From Tubulanus polymorphus (lineage: Eukaryota > Animalia > Nemertea): a stretch of DNA of 64,000 bases. Location of the stretch: positions 15,928,950 through 15,992,949 of the forward strand of contig NC_134029.1 in assembly GCF_964204645.1 (NCBI RefSeq), written 5' to 3'. Of the stretch, positions 12,864 through 26,308 are shown piece by piece (positions within the stretch are counted from its first letter, which is position 1; the number at the start of each line of letters is the position of its first letter). The position numbers and the translations under genes are program-made. The notes under the pieces were generated by a model. It was not told where the DNA came from. It saw only the letters and a program-made list of their open reading frames with translations, and searched no databases.

Positions 12864-15478
12864 TCAACCAACATACCCGGTTATGCTAATTGACACTAAT
12901 CGGCTATATATAATCTAAATAGCTAATCTATTTCGATTTTGCTGGTTCATAAATAGGCCTTAGGTAAGCTTATCGAATAAACTACGAATTCGTAATTAAT
13001 ATCCCTAAATTCAACGTACTACCGCGCGCTGAACTGATGAAGGCGACCAATACCGAGGAGGAATCACGTCGTAAAGCATACAAAACAACTCTCACGTTCA
13101 ACTCACGTTTCAAGTTCAGCGGTGGAAACTTCCGGGGATTACCGTGCTTGCTACTTGCGACAACGAGACCGTGCGCGACAGTGGGGAAATGGGGATAGCT
13201 CCGAAAATAAACTTAGTCCAAAAGAGCTCGAAACAAGGTATATTTCTAAAAGGAAATATACCATTATGAGAATGCCGGTTTGCTAGCGTATCTATTTAAC
13301 ACCCGTATTGCTCGGGTTAGTTTTACTATCAACGGGTGGCGCTGTATGTAAATTTCACATAAATCAAAGACTTTCGGCTATTAAAACATCATAGTCAATT
13401 ACGGTAGTAGTGAACATAAAAAGATACAGTACAAAGATACAGTACGGTGTACAGTTAAGGACATGATTCCATAGGACCCATACCAGAGACATTTTGTTCA
13501 GACAAGGACTATTAGTTAAACACTAATCTTCATTTTCAGCGGCAATTAACGATCTGGTGAATTAATTAGTGATTCGGTCTTTCGGTGGTTCGAGATAAAA
13601 TGCCCGCAAAATAAGAACCTAACGAACCAGGGCTGACCACAAATTGCCCAACAGATAAATTTTCGAAACGACACAATCCAATCATGTTTGGTATCAAATG
13701 TGGCGTGGACCATGGTCTTTTAACTGACCAATGCATGACCAGTACTGACCATATAGTAAATTATTTGTTTGCAAACAATTAAGTTGTTTGGTGTCAAATA
13801 ACTAGATATGATGTGGGCATTAATCTAAAAATTGTTTAACTGACCAATGCTTGACCTGTACAGACCAGTTACCAGTGCTAACCAGAACCCCCATAAGTAA
13901 TTTATATGTTTAGTGAATCCTTCGTTAGTACTACTAGCTCTTACATCTAAATTTGTCGCTTGAAAAAGTCTTGTCCGATTTTTGTTGTAGGTAGCGAGCT
14001 AACATTGAAATTCCGCTAAAATGCATAAGATTTTTACGTAGGGTTTTGAACGAACAACGTTTCCATTTGTAATTGTAACGTGCGCATTTGAGCCTGTAAC
14101 GTGCACATTTCACTCGCGTGAACGTGCGTATCGGTACCAACATGCGAGACTTGTCAAACTTTTACGATCAAGACTTTTAAACTGAACAAAGAAGATATCA
14201 TATCATATTATATATACATGAATAGATGGAATTATAATGTAGTAGTTTTGAATGTTTCGTAGCTGCTGTCCACTGACCACAGATCAAAGCTAATCAAAGA
14301 TCAGTGAGAATTCAAACTTATGGTTAATTTTGAGTGATCACAACGCTAACCAATAGAGAAAGCTGTAAGGCCTAAGAAAAGATGCATTAAGTATAACATA
14401 TCTTTCAATATAATGATGAAGTATTCAACTGGCCATCACAACAATAGTTTGACTTATCTTAATGAAAAATACCGGAGTGTTAATGGGAAAACCTTGAATT
14501 CGAAACAATTCCACACTCAATTGTTTACTTTGAAAACACAATTTGCATTTTGTGGACATGTATTTTTTTCTGCACCAAAAGCATGAAGTATATTATCTTT
14601 GCTTGTAAAAATTTGAAATTTTGGGGAAGATTTTTGGCCTCGTTAACCTGTGAACACGTCCTTCATGTATTTTCTAAGACCGACCCTTGAAATAATGCTG
14701 AGAGTTTCGAGGATAATTTTGGTAGGATGTAAACTTAGGCTGCTTCGTATCCGTGGAGGGTTGCTAATTATTGATTATATACACAATAATCATAAGTACC
14801 ATGAGATTCGATAGAATATCGTTTTTCAATCATACGTACACGAATTATCGCGATATAAAGATAAATAATATGTTCATATACTTTCTACGTCTTAAACTGT
14901 ATATTTCTTTAGTAGTATAAATAAAGAGTGGATCAGCAGGCCACCTGAGACCATTCCACGATATAAGGTCAGTTGCCAAAAGTTAGTAAGTTTACCAGTG
15001 GATAGTTAACATTTATAATGACAATTAAATTTTCATTGCTAAAATAACTTTGTACTTGTTTACTCAAAAGCAGCGAATTGAAAATTAATTTAAACTATCT
15101 TTTGAGAAACGGGTCCCAGAGCTGTATCCTTTACTCCTGTAATAGAGGATGCAATCTATTTGCGACAAACAGCTAGTGCAAATAGCTAGAAAAGGTAACA
15201 ATAGTGCATTGGCAAACTTAGAGCAAGCGTACATTGGTTGTTTAGGTTTTTCGAAGGGGAGAATTTGTGGGAAAATCAATCATTACTGAGATATATCCGT
15301 GGCGAGCTTTTCCAGGGATTTAAAAAGTTGAGCAGTACAAAAGGAATTTTGTGTAGTCCAATATCCGTGATTACCTCTGGCGTGGAGAGATACAATCTAA
15401 AACCAACCCTAGAGTCAAATATTTTACCACAATTTTTTATGATCAATAAAAAGATTGAGTAATAGACATTCAAACACT

Positions 15479-16745
15479 ATTGATACACCGGTCACAATCC
15501 TCTCTTTAATCGTTATCTATTAAAATACTTGAGTCAGGCCCTGGCGAGAGAACGTGTCCGTGCACAAATCCGAATGAATAAACTGAAATACCGGATGATA
15601 ATATTGAAGATAATATATTTTATTTACCTTGAACCTGAGAATGATTTTCCTAATCCCTATTATATGAATCCCTATCGTTCCGAAGCTTCTCCTGTCCTGC
15701 TGTCGACACTCGTCTTACTAAGGTACAGATTCTCCCGATTGACTGCTCTCTCAAGATGCGGGTCCCTTTTATAGAAAGAATCGGCATTCTTAAAATACCG
15801 ACTCTCCCACTCGACTTTTGGCAAGGAGCAGCAACCTTACTGTCATGACTGTTTTGGTCATATAGAATTTGGCCTTAATGATTCGCTGATCTAAAATTAT
15901 TTTCAAAACTGATTTGCTAAACTAACTTTTTCCTTCCAACCCTCCTGTCATGACGCGTTGTGATTTACTCACTCCTTGCTAGTCGTTGTTGAGAGAGCAG
16001 CTATTGTCTGTGAATTACCAACGAGCGCATACAGACAACAGAAACTTCAGACAGCTAGTTTTAACATTTAACACAAATTAATTTTTCTAAAACATTAGCG
16101 ATTATTAACAATTTGTTCTTAAACAACATCTAGATTGCTCAAATTAATTATCTTTTCAAAACTTTGTTTTCTTTTCTAATTACAGTACAAATTCATTGTT
16201 TCTTTTTTAATTATTATAATTAACTACGATTCGGAATACATTGTGATTGATTATCAATTCTTAAATTATTTGAAATACTTATACTAATTATTTTATCTAC
16301 AATTTAACTAATTCTATTTTAATACAGGATAAGCAAAACAACCACATCTTCCTAAACTTCCGGTTTTTCCTTTTACGGAAGTAGCCGGGAATATCATCGA
16401 GTATCAGCGTGATCCCTTCACGAGCCTCATTATAAATACACTCCATTGTTCCGACCCAACCAAATATGGTTCCAACTATTTAAAAGTTTTATATAAAGAT
16501 TTTCTGAATGTTTGCCAGATCCCACAGCAGAAGAACCGAGAAAGAATTGTTGTTTATAGACTGATTTATGGTTGGCGTTGGTAGATGAAAGCATCAAACA
16601 AGAACTTTCGTAATTCTTACTACTAGTACGTTCTTGTCTGACGGCTTTAACGTAACCCCCACGCATACGGAAACAACATTAAGAACATTTCTAAATACTA
16701 CGAAACATTTTTCAGTTACTACGAAAATCTAGCTGTGGATCACTA
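15479..16745 (-). repeat. Solo-LTR-like dispersed repeat, copy A
   Basis: Collinear with 46441-47705 and 17471-17712; minus-strand TATAAAA (~15767-15773) upstream of AATAAA (~15619-15624); no coding capacity; right boundary approximate. Confidence 0.55.
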
Positions 16746-17470
16746 TTATCTAAATTCCACTCCATTTTAAACTCATTCATCTCTACACAAACTCCAACCT
16801 GTTGAACAGTCCACATTAAAATTAGGGACCACTATTCTTGCTCATCTACACACTGGCTACCAATCTAACAAAGGATTAAATTTGAGTGTTTGATGTTATA
16901 ACATGCACAATACCAGACTGAATTATGGATTCGGTTTCTACTTTTTAATTGAACATTTATATCACATATTGGGCATCATTCTTACCAGTATATATGGAAT
17001 AACCTATCCATATATCATGTTCAATTTTATATAATCTGACTTTTGAGATGTCATTCAATCAATGCATTCACATGCGATCGTCGCTTTCAATAGCCACCAC
17101 GGACTGGCTCCTTATTATTTCTTTGGCGATACCATTGGCGGACGATCCCACACGTTTCTTGCTCCAGCCCTAGAATGCTCAATATTCGTCATGAACCCCG
17201 ATTTGAATTTAAATTCAAAATACTCCCAAAACACACCTGTTAACTAGATTACTCTAAAACACCTTTATGTGCAAGAATCAGTGAAATTGGCGCTTTATCA
17301 GTTGTATTCATCATTCGTACCCACGAATCTCGTGTCGTATCCTATGAATGTGGAGACCCATCCTCGTAAAGAGAATGAATAGGCTCTGTTGCGTTCATAT
17401 CATTTGATATGAGGCTACGTGTCATCTTCAATTGAAATCACGTTGTTTTTTTAAAGGGTGGGCGAGAATA

Positions 17471-17712
17471 TATTGATACACCGGTCACAATCCTCTCTTT
17501 AATCGTTATCTATAAAATACTTGAGTAAGGCCCTGGCGAGAGAACGTGTCCGTGCACAAATCCGAATGAAAAAATTGAAATACCGGATGATAATATTGAA
17601 GATGATATATTTTATTTACCTTGAACAAAGAATGATTTTCCTAATCCCTATTGTATATGAATCCCTATCGTTCCGAAGCTTCTCCTATCCTGCTGTCGAC
17701 ACTCGTCTTACT
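17471..17712 (-). repeat. Truncated copy of the solo-LTR-like repeat
   Basis: Near-identical to about 15479-15718. Confidence 0.65.
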
Positions 17713-19207
17713 TGCTGTCCCTTTCTAGCAATTTTATGATATCCTTCGAAATCTAAATTCTAAAAAGGAATCAGGCATATCTTCTTGTTTGACTAAATAT
17801 GAACTCAACAACAAGTGACACTCCCTTCAAAGGCGCCAAAGTAAAATCATGTGTCGAGTGGAGATGATATTGTGTCAGAATTTCTTCAAAATCGGAGAAA
17901 ATTGAATATTTTGAAAATAATCATTTTACATGTATGTTTAAATCCGTTATAACTGGAGCAATTTTCATGAAAAAATATCTATGGAATCAGCGAAATGTAA
18001 TTAAGAAGAATACTATGTTTAAAAAGTTATCAAAGACATTTGAAAAAAGTTTTCTGAATTCGTCAACTGTTAAACTAGTAACAACCAGATGTGTTCCCAT
18101 TTAACCACCGACCGCGAGCCGAGTCGATGTGCGATGTGCCCTACACTGAAATCTCAAGTGCTATACAACCCTTTTTTAGGTGCCTCTGAATGTCGGCCGT
18201 TAAAAAACTGAACAATTCCCATTTAGAAAGGGCCTACGTAGTTAGAGAAAATTCAAGATGTGTATATCGTGTGATACAGGCTCCATATTTCATGTGCGTT
18301 TGGAATTTAACCTTGTTTATAACGAAACACGCATGTATTTATGCTATTTTAGATTTAAAAAGAGCGCACGAAAGTGTTTCATGAGACCCGCAAATAACGT
18401 CAAGTTATTCATGCATTTTTGATTTATATGAATAAATTTCGCTTCGAAATCTTTAAATTTCTCAGGTGGACTATTCAATAAATTCACAACAGTCCATTAT
18501 GGATTATAGTTTGACGCCAATCGCTCTTTTAAAGATCTTTCTTTCTCGAAGAACGATTTTCTTAAAAACTTTGATTATGGCGAATCTTTTATGTGTCCGA
18601 TAGTTAAACCTTCGGGTATTATACTAGAACACAAATTTTTAAGATATTCATAACATACTGAAGGATATCACAGTTTATACCCGAAGATATGCAGTTGGAT
18701 AGAGCTTTTTGTTTCGACTCGCATGCGACAGTAAAAACGGTACTTGATATAATAAGTGAACTTCATCATTGATATTTTCACTAATCTACTTGAATTCCAA
18801 AAAAGAACTGACAATGAAAAAGGGTTACAGCTGTGACTGATATCACTCCAAATTTCAATTCCTATGAACACTTTTCATATAAAGAAAACTATTAACGAAA
18901 CAGTTTTTAAAGGCGAAGAATCCGCGTTACCATCGAATTTTCAAAACTTGAAGGAATGGTTAATGCCTCGGTGACCACTGGTCTAGTACGCGGTTTTCTG
19001 AAATGAAAGTGGCCAAGTCTAAAGAACAACTATTGTATCACATGATTTCAAATACTAGGAACCCAATGCGTGTAATGATTTAATTAATTGGTATCGCGCA
19101 GATTGGTTGAAAGACGGGTGTTAGTCACCTTGTGATTTAATTGTTTTTCATGCATCGATTAATTAATCTTATTATAACTTATTTGTAGGCGCTTCCCGCA
19201 AACATTA

Positions 19208-19735
19208 GTAATAGGGGTTTAGTTGTTTCATACCAAAGGTCGAACGGTCGAGTGAGTAAAAAATTTAAAAAAAATTCTCGCACACTCGAATTTATTTTTT
19301 ATTTTTTACTCACTCGCCCCGTTCAACCTTTGATATGAAACAACTAAACCCCTATTACTCTTAAAATATTCATATATATGAATAAAATATAAATGAATAA
19401 CTTCTAAAATCAATTTTAATAAAAATTTTAGTATTAAAATGGAAGCAAATAAGTACTACTGTTCAACATGTAAAATCAATATAGATAAATCCCAAAAAGC
19501 AAGACACAATAAAACTAAAACACATTTAGAGAATAAATTGAAATTAGAATATAAAGATGATATATTAGAAATTAAATTAGATGAATTAAAGAATGAAAAA
19601 GAAACATACAAATGTGATACATGTAATCAATCATTCAGTGATAAAAGATATTATAATGAACATTTAAAATCTTAAAGCCATATTAGAAATATGAATAATG
19701 ATATTTTAGGTGAAGATTATTTTGATGAAGATAAT
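19208..19735 (+). repeat. Left TIR of element 1, including a terminal ~150-nt hairpin and the first ~99 pPolB codons
   Basis: 19272-19735 is the reverse complement of 43778-44241; 19208-19263 pairs with 19302-19359. Confidence 0.88.
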
Positions 19736-20517
19736 GATAAGAAACATAAGACAATTAAAAGAATAAGAAATAAATTAAACAATAAAAGACCATACATGGA
19801 AGATGTAAGAAAATATATTAATTCATTAGATAATAAAAAAGATATAGAGATAACCGAAGCAATTAAAAGTGATATTGGCCCAGCAGCTATCGAGTTTAAA
19901 TTTCATAAAGGAGAAAAATTAGAAGAAAATAAAAACCATTTAGAAAATATGAAAGAAATAATAAAAATAATTACAGATGTTGAATACCCTAAAATTAGTA
20001 TATCTTCTAAAGTTAAATTCATAAAATCTGAAGATAAACCAATATATGATATAAATTCTCATTCACAACATATTATATCTAAACAACATATAGATGAAAA
20101 ATTAGATAAATGTTATAATGAAGTAAAAACTAAAATAGAAGAGAAATATTTTGAAGGATCAGGTTTAATATTTGATGAAATAATATTTATGACTTTACAT
20201 GTGTATAACACAAAATATAATAAGTTAACTAAATCAAAACCAATTGATGAAAATAATTTATCATATTATAAAGAACCAGATATTGAAGCATCGAGTTATA
20301 TTAAACTACCATTTAAAACTAATGCTGTAATAAATGTACAAAATCTTGATGATAAATGTTTTCTATGGGCAATTATAAGTTGCTTACATCCAACAGAAGA
20401 TATTACACATAGTTTTAGATTAACTCATTATAAACCATTTGAAAATAATTATAAGATAGATAAGTATCCTGTTATAATTAAAAACATCCCAAAAATAGAA
20501 AGAGATAATAATATAAA
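19439..20517 (+). pseudogene. pPolB element 1, N-terminal part (two C2H2-like zinc fingers, putative terminal protein, start of vOTU-like protease)
   Basis: CSTC..H..H and CDTC..H..H; nonsense TAA at 19673-19675 (AAA in the right-TIR copy); EGSG, SSYIKLP and DDKCFLWAI motifs; collinear with the element 3 pPolB. Confidence 0.9.
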
Positions 20518-22102
20518 GAATATAGCTGCAAAGCAGCGATAACGGGTTTTCTGAGCAGGCGTGCTATTCATAGTTTGAAAAGTGGATAATAGAAATATAT
20601 CAATACGGGATACGCATTTGACGTGTCAAGTCACACCAATGCGGTTTAACATAACATAATTTATAGTTATAGTCAAATTGGGGGTTACTCGGGTCGTTTA
20701 GTTGTCTGCGGAGTCGAGTAGATTGGTTACCCGTCTGTAACATTGGTTACGGAAACGACTCGTCAGCTTGATGAGTTGTATGTATTATGATTGTGCGCCA
20801 CCTGCATCTTCCGAAATAATGTTCATATAATTATTTGAAGGGAGGATTGAAATCAATTATCAACGTACATCTGAATATGTAATAGTCCTTAGTAACTTTC
20901 TGTTGCAGAGGGCAAAGAAAAGATTTTGAAATTATTTAATTAAAATATAAATTTTATTTACGAAAACTATTATGGTCAGTACAAATTGAAAATTCATAGT
21001 GTATTTTTAAGAACAAGCTTACATAGCTTACAGAATACATCACGTACATTTGAATTTTATAAGTGATGGGTAAAAATCAACGTGTGACAGAAAAAAATGT
21101 AGTTAATTATTTAACAATATCGAAATACGTGCTCTCTTTTTAAACTAATGGAGTGATACGCAATTAATCACATGGCCTGTATTAAAAGATAGAACATACA
21201 AGTTGGATATTTATAAGTCGAAACATGTGAACAGAAACTAAAACTTTGATTTCAGTGACCAGTATCGAATTACACAACGACAATTGGCTTTAAACTCAAC
21301 AAACATTATTAAAGAATGTTTCAAACAAAATGCTTTATATAACGACATGAATAAACTTGTTTTACAAAACAAGAAAGTACATTTTGAACTTATGAATGGT
21401 CGAATCCCATTTATTCACAGTAACCTGTGATGTGGCGATCCTCACGGAGCGGGACCTGGTGGCGCTGCACCCCGCCCCCTTCGCGCTGAGAAATATCTTA
21501 TTCCCAGTCAGCAAAGACAGGTTCTAAGGACTTTTTCTATTTACATTTGAATTGGATGGTCATCTTGCGTAGGAGTCAGTTTGTCATCGAAGCAATACAG
21601 TCTAACTTGTTGACGTCTCAGATGCAGCGGGGCAGGGCGGTCATTATATTGTGGACTTATCCAAATTACACTTACACAGCCCAACGTGTTTCAGTGTGTA
21701 AACTCCGTCGTACTCGGCATTATAAGACAGTGAGGAATTGAGTTTTTAGTCACCTGAGCCCTCGGCTTGATTCGACCAAAAAGACCTTAACTGACTTCAC
21801 AGAATTTGATTATGAGTCAAGGATTTTCTAATTTTCTGAATGCGTTCTCTGGTTTTAAGATCAATTCAAATTCAATCTTCAAAATATTTTATTGAAAGAA
21901 ATTCTACTGAAGACAGATTTTGAAATGAAGGATATATCCAGGCAAATAATTACAGCAAAATCAACTGATGATCTTCGGCTAATTTGTCTACCCCTGATGA
22001 TTGAAGCATTTTGGTTACTCGTGCCAATTAGTCAGCCACAGTCGATTTTCATGCCATCTGACCTCTTTCCATCTGTAATTAAGCAATCAAATGTAAGAAT
22101 TA

Positions 22103-25100
22103 AGGTAACGTGGGGTGACTTGGCCATATGTCTTTAAAATCAGATATTCTTAATCACTTGATTGCATAATCATTCCCCCAATTATTATGTTTGATAGTAT
22201 GGACCATAGGTTATCTTGTACCTGTCATTAGTTAGCCAAAGTGCTATGGATGATTTGTATAATCAGGAGTAAACGGGAATTATTGTGTGACCAAGTCACC
22301 CCATACAACATGGGTGACTTGGTCAGTGCATGGGGTGAATTGGTCATATTAGCTATAATACATGTATATGACAACCCATGGCCCTACCCTCAGGAGAAGT
22401 TTTATTCTGACCGGTGTAAAATGTTTTTACCCACCGGTACCTTGGTCAAAAGATAAAAAGGATGGTTTTGCGATTGCAGAGATCTCCTATAAGCTTAGTA
22501 GAAGTGTTCCGCAATTACTTCTGCAATCATAGGTTACTTGTGGACCACTGACCATTATACTGAACAAGATCATGCTGCGACTAAATTCATTGTTGTTAAT
22601 GACTAGTAGGCTTGGGTAGTAAATGGGTCTGTTTCTGGATCCCTTGATTAGACAGTCACATGCAGAAAATCCTGTTTTCCGATATAATACAACGGTATGC
22701 TAGAATAAAAACGCTACAAATAGGGTGTAATGTTTGTGGTGTTTTCATTCTAGCATAATAACTTCAGGAAACCTTGATAACTCTGACGTTACAGGGTTAA
22801 ATCCCATGCTCTATAAAAACCATAGTCTGAACTGAAAATGACTCTCTCTTGAATAAAAGTAATGAAGGCTGATGGAATGTAATCTTTCAAACAGAACCTT
22901 GCTATATTTTTTTATATCTGACAGAATACCTCATAAATCTATGCTATATACATGCATTATCAACTTTTCACATAAGTACAGTTGTGTGTTATGCCAGAAT
23001 TTATTCAAATCTATTCATAGACAATCTTATTCAAGAACACTAAACAATCAAATTTTAGTAAAATTCTAACGATCAACAAAACATGAATAACGGCAACTAA
23101 TTGCTATATAACGATAAAACACAAGTACGTAGAACAATATTATTCACCATACTCATCACACCATTTCGAAAAACATTTCTCTATGAGGGCCAGCTTTTCT
23201 GATGTCACACCTACAAATCGTGAACCAACATTGATGATATCTGACTCAGAGATGGAACAGAGAATATCTTCCTTACAGGTTTCCAGAATATCATCCTTAG
23301 GTGGTGACGAGAACCTATTCACCCCATGCCATCGTTTATACTTTAAGAATACAGTTGGAGAAATTGCTGGACTTGATTTCAACACTGTCGTGACATACCA
23401 CTTTTGATTATAGACTGCAATAACAAATTTTCCAATTTCATACTCTCTAGCTATCATGTTCTCCATTTGGCCAATCATATCGCTATCATTTTCCAGTTGA
23501 CCGATGTCGTCATCACTATCATCATCAATTTCCGGTTCTTCTTCATTACCATCTTCAGAATCAGACACATTTTCCTTGTTTCCGTTCACTTTTTTTCTTA
23601 TTTTTGAGTTTGGTTTCTTTTTTTTAGCTCTCTTCTGTTCTTTCTTTTGTTCTTCCTGTTCGAGCCGCTCAACAACGTCATTTACTGTGAGACATTCAGC
23701 AAATTTCCTGTCTAGTCTTTTTCTCTTCTTCGGAGGCTCAGGAGCAGAATACTTGAAATGATCAAGCAATGCCTTCTCAAGACTAGATTTTGGACTGAGG
23801 ACATCAGAGTTTTGCGATCTTTCCGGACGAGGGGTGATGACGTTGCTACCAGGTGGCTTACTATGGACTTCAGCAGTTACAGTGATTGTACTTGGGCCTT
23901 CTCTGAATTGTGTACTCGAGCGTAGAAGGTCTCTCGGTTGAACGGATATATTCTCACGGGATCTTGAGGCATCAGTTCTGGTTATCTCGTTGTCGTTAGT
24001 TACAGTTTCAGTGGGAGTTTCAGGCAAAGCGCAAGATGTCTTGAGTAGTTCATCGCCTATCTTGGTTTTATCAAGCGGGTATATTCCACATTTCTCAAAT
24101 GCGTTGATTGCATTCATTCGCGACATACAACTAGATTGGTGGACTTTATTCAGGAGGGAAGGGAATGTAGCTTTATCTACAGATTTAAACCTAGTTGATA
24201 CGTAGTGTTCATTTAGAACCTTCCGCCAACTTTGTTTTAGCGCCTTATATACCCCTACATCAAGTGGTTGAAGAATACTACTAGTGTGCGCTGGTATGCA
24301 AAAGATGATCACATCATTCTGCATAGCCAGGTTCAGCACATCCAAATTGATGTGAGAATTGTGTCCATCATATAACAGTAACTTTTTTCCAGGTATGGTT
24401 TTGGTCTCTTCTAGAAAAACTTTCTTAAACCATTCAGAAAATTGAGGAGTTTCCATCCATCCAGAGTCTGATACGTTATATCTCGCTCGCTCAGGCCCAC
24501 CAGTGCACCAAGACTCATACAAGTTCTTTGCTTTGTAGACAACATAAGGTGCTAGAAAATTACCATCAGCAGAACAACATTCAACAACTGTGTACATAGT
24601 TTTGGTACTAGAACCAACCGTTACGTGTGGGTTTTTATCACCTCGTCGACATAGGACTTTTTTCGAGCCAATGTCAGTTTGAAAGCCTGTTTCATCCATA
24701 TTGAAGATATGACCTGGACTATGCAGCAGCTGGTTTTCATCTAACAGTTTTTCTAATTTCATAAAGAAATCATCCACTATTTTCTGAGAACATGCTTCGG
24801 CACGATTGAGAGGGAAATTCTGTGCAATCCGACGCGATATTTTAGACTTATGGCGCTCTTCAAATAGTCTCATCCAATCCAACCCTGGTAGATCGCCTTT
24901 AAATTGGTTTTTTCTTCCTAGGCCTCTTATAAAATCTCTCACGATCAATCTTATATCATTGCGATCTAAACCAAAGCCCCAATCGCTGAGGATTTGCAAC
25001 GAATGAACAACCAACTCCTCTTCTTCCGCTGTGAGAACTGTCTGTCCTCCTGGTTTTTTTATTTCTTCGCCACGTCTGTATGCCTCCAGATGTCTACGTA

Positions 25101-26308
25101 AAGAAGTACGACTAACATGGAATAATTCTGCTGCTTTCTTTTTTGAGAGACCATCTTCGCAGGCTTGAATGGCCGCCTGCATATCACCAGCATCATAGCA
25201 ATTGTATGGGCGCCCACCAACTTTTTTAACATAATCTCGTGGCATCCCTGAAAATAAAGACGAAAAATACTTAGATAATAAGGTATTTTGAATGTAGGTA
25301 ATAATCCCACCGGTAAATATCCCCCCGGTAAAAATCCGACATGGGAAAAATCCCCCCCCCCCCCCAGATCAGTTTTCTATCAAACTTAAGTATAAAACCT
25401 AAATTAAAACAGATAATAGTTTTTACAATACTACTTAGGGTACGTAGATATTTCACCATTACAAACTAGATTTCTTTATAGAAATTATCAAAACTACGAT
25501 AATGTGATTTTTATGCATGTTGGTAGCTAAAAGTCACAGAATAATGTCATTTCTATGCACGTAGCTTGGTAAAAGTCACAGATTATCCAAGGTGAATATT
25601 GTGAAAAACGCCATGGAAAATGTGAAATTTTTGAAAACTATTCAAGTTTTTCAACATAAGAATATAGAAGTATTTTTATTGAATTTTGCTGTGAAATCAA
25701 ATTTGGGGGGGGGGTTACCTGTTTACCTGTTACCAGGTATTGTACTACAAAAACAAATTTGTGATAGTATACAGTAGGCTAGATCCCAGTAGACCTACCG
25801 ATGATTGCACCTTATCAGCTTATAAGGTTTAGCACATCAGTTATTATCCAAGAGTTTATACATAGACCACTTGTTATATAGGTACAAGCGTGGGGTGACA
25901 TGGCCACCGTGACCAAGTCACCCCAAAACAAGTAATTTCTTGATTACATTAAAGTATAAAATACCTTGCAGAAGATTCAATTTCTAAATTATACGTCACT
26001 AACTAACTAATTATAATGACACATAACAATTCAGTTCCAGTGCTCATGATTACAAGTTTTTCCTACCTTAATTCCTTGACTTCACAGCGTGAGTTTGCAG
26101 TCCGCCATTTTGAATATCTTCAAGTCACATGACTGGTCATGTGACTTCTTGACAATTATCAATTTATAATACAGTACGATCATGACAATAAAACTATATC
26201 ACAAAGAAAATAATAAGCACAGTTTGATTTTTTGGGTCGTGCCTTCTTAATTTTTTATTGATTATGGTGGCCAAATCACCCCAATGGCCAAGTCACCCCA
26301 CGTTACCT
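22103..26308 (-). mobile_element. Full-length pogo-superfamily DNA transposon (4.2 kb)
   Basis: Perfect 25-bp TIR aggtaacgtggggtgacttggccat; TA TSD at 22101-22102 and 26309-26310; subterminal ggggtgacttgg repeats. Confidence 0.95.
23140..25245 (-). CDS. pogo-type DD35D transposase (psq HTH, CENP-B HTH, DDE_1), 701 aa, intact
   Basis: GLSKKKAAELFHVSRTSLRRH HTH; NMDETG, YDGHNSH and QPLD, with 35 residues between the 2nd and 3rd Asp. Confidence 0.95.
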   Translation of the reverse strand: MPRDYVKKVGGRPYNCYDAGDMQAAIQACEDGLSKKKAAELFHVSRTSLRRHLEAYRRGEEIKKPGGQTVLTAEEEELVVHSLQILSDWGFGLDRNDIRLIVRDFIRGLGRKNQFKGDLPGLDWMRLFEERHKSKISRRIAQNFPLNRAEACSQKIVDDFFMKLEKLLDENQLLHSPGHIFNMDETGFQTDIGSKKVLCRRGDKNPHVTVGSSTKTMYTVVECCSADGNFLAPYVVYKAKNLYESWCTGGPERARYNVSDSGWMETPQFSEWFKKVFLEETKTIPGKKLLLYDGHNSHINLDVLNLAMQNDVIIFCIPAHTSSILQPLDVGVYKALKQSWRKVLNEHYVSTRFKSVDKATFPSLLNKVHQSSCMSRMNAINAFEKCGIYPLDKTKIGDELLKTSCALPETPTETVTNDNEITRTDASRSRENISVQPRDLLRSSTQFREGPSTITVTAEVHSKPPGSNVITPRPERSQNSDVLSPKSSLEKALLDHFKYSAPEPPKKRKRLDRKFAECLTVNDVVERLEQEEQKKEQKRAKKKKPNSKIRKKVNGNKENVSDSEDGNEEEPEIDDDSDDDIGQLENDSDMIGQMENMIAREYEIGKFVIAVYNQKWYVTTVLKSSPAISPTVFLKYKRWHGVNRFSSPPKDDILETCKEDILCSISESDIINVGSRFVGVTSEKLALIEKCFSKWCDEYGE

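Larger units (their letters stand above)
10913..12960. mobile_element. PIF/Harbinger-like MITE, outer host of a nested pair
   Basis: TIR aggcctttttatgaac / gttcataaataggcct; 3-bp TAG duplication at 10910-10912 and 12961-12963. Confidence 0.65.

Noticed and set aside
15529-17739. Paralogous ORFs MSQALARERVRAQ / MSKALARERVRAQ
   Set aside because: TTG-started chance frames in a non-coding repeat; the frame is not kept in the 46441 copy.
23183-25006. Plus-strand ORFs overlapping the transposase
   Set aside because: Antisense shadows of the 701-aa ORF.
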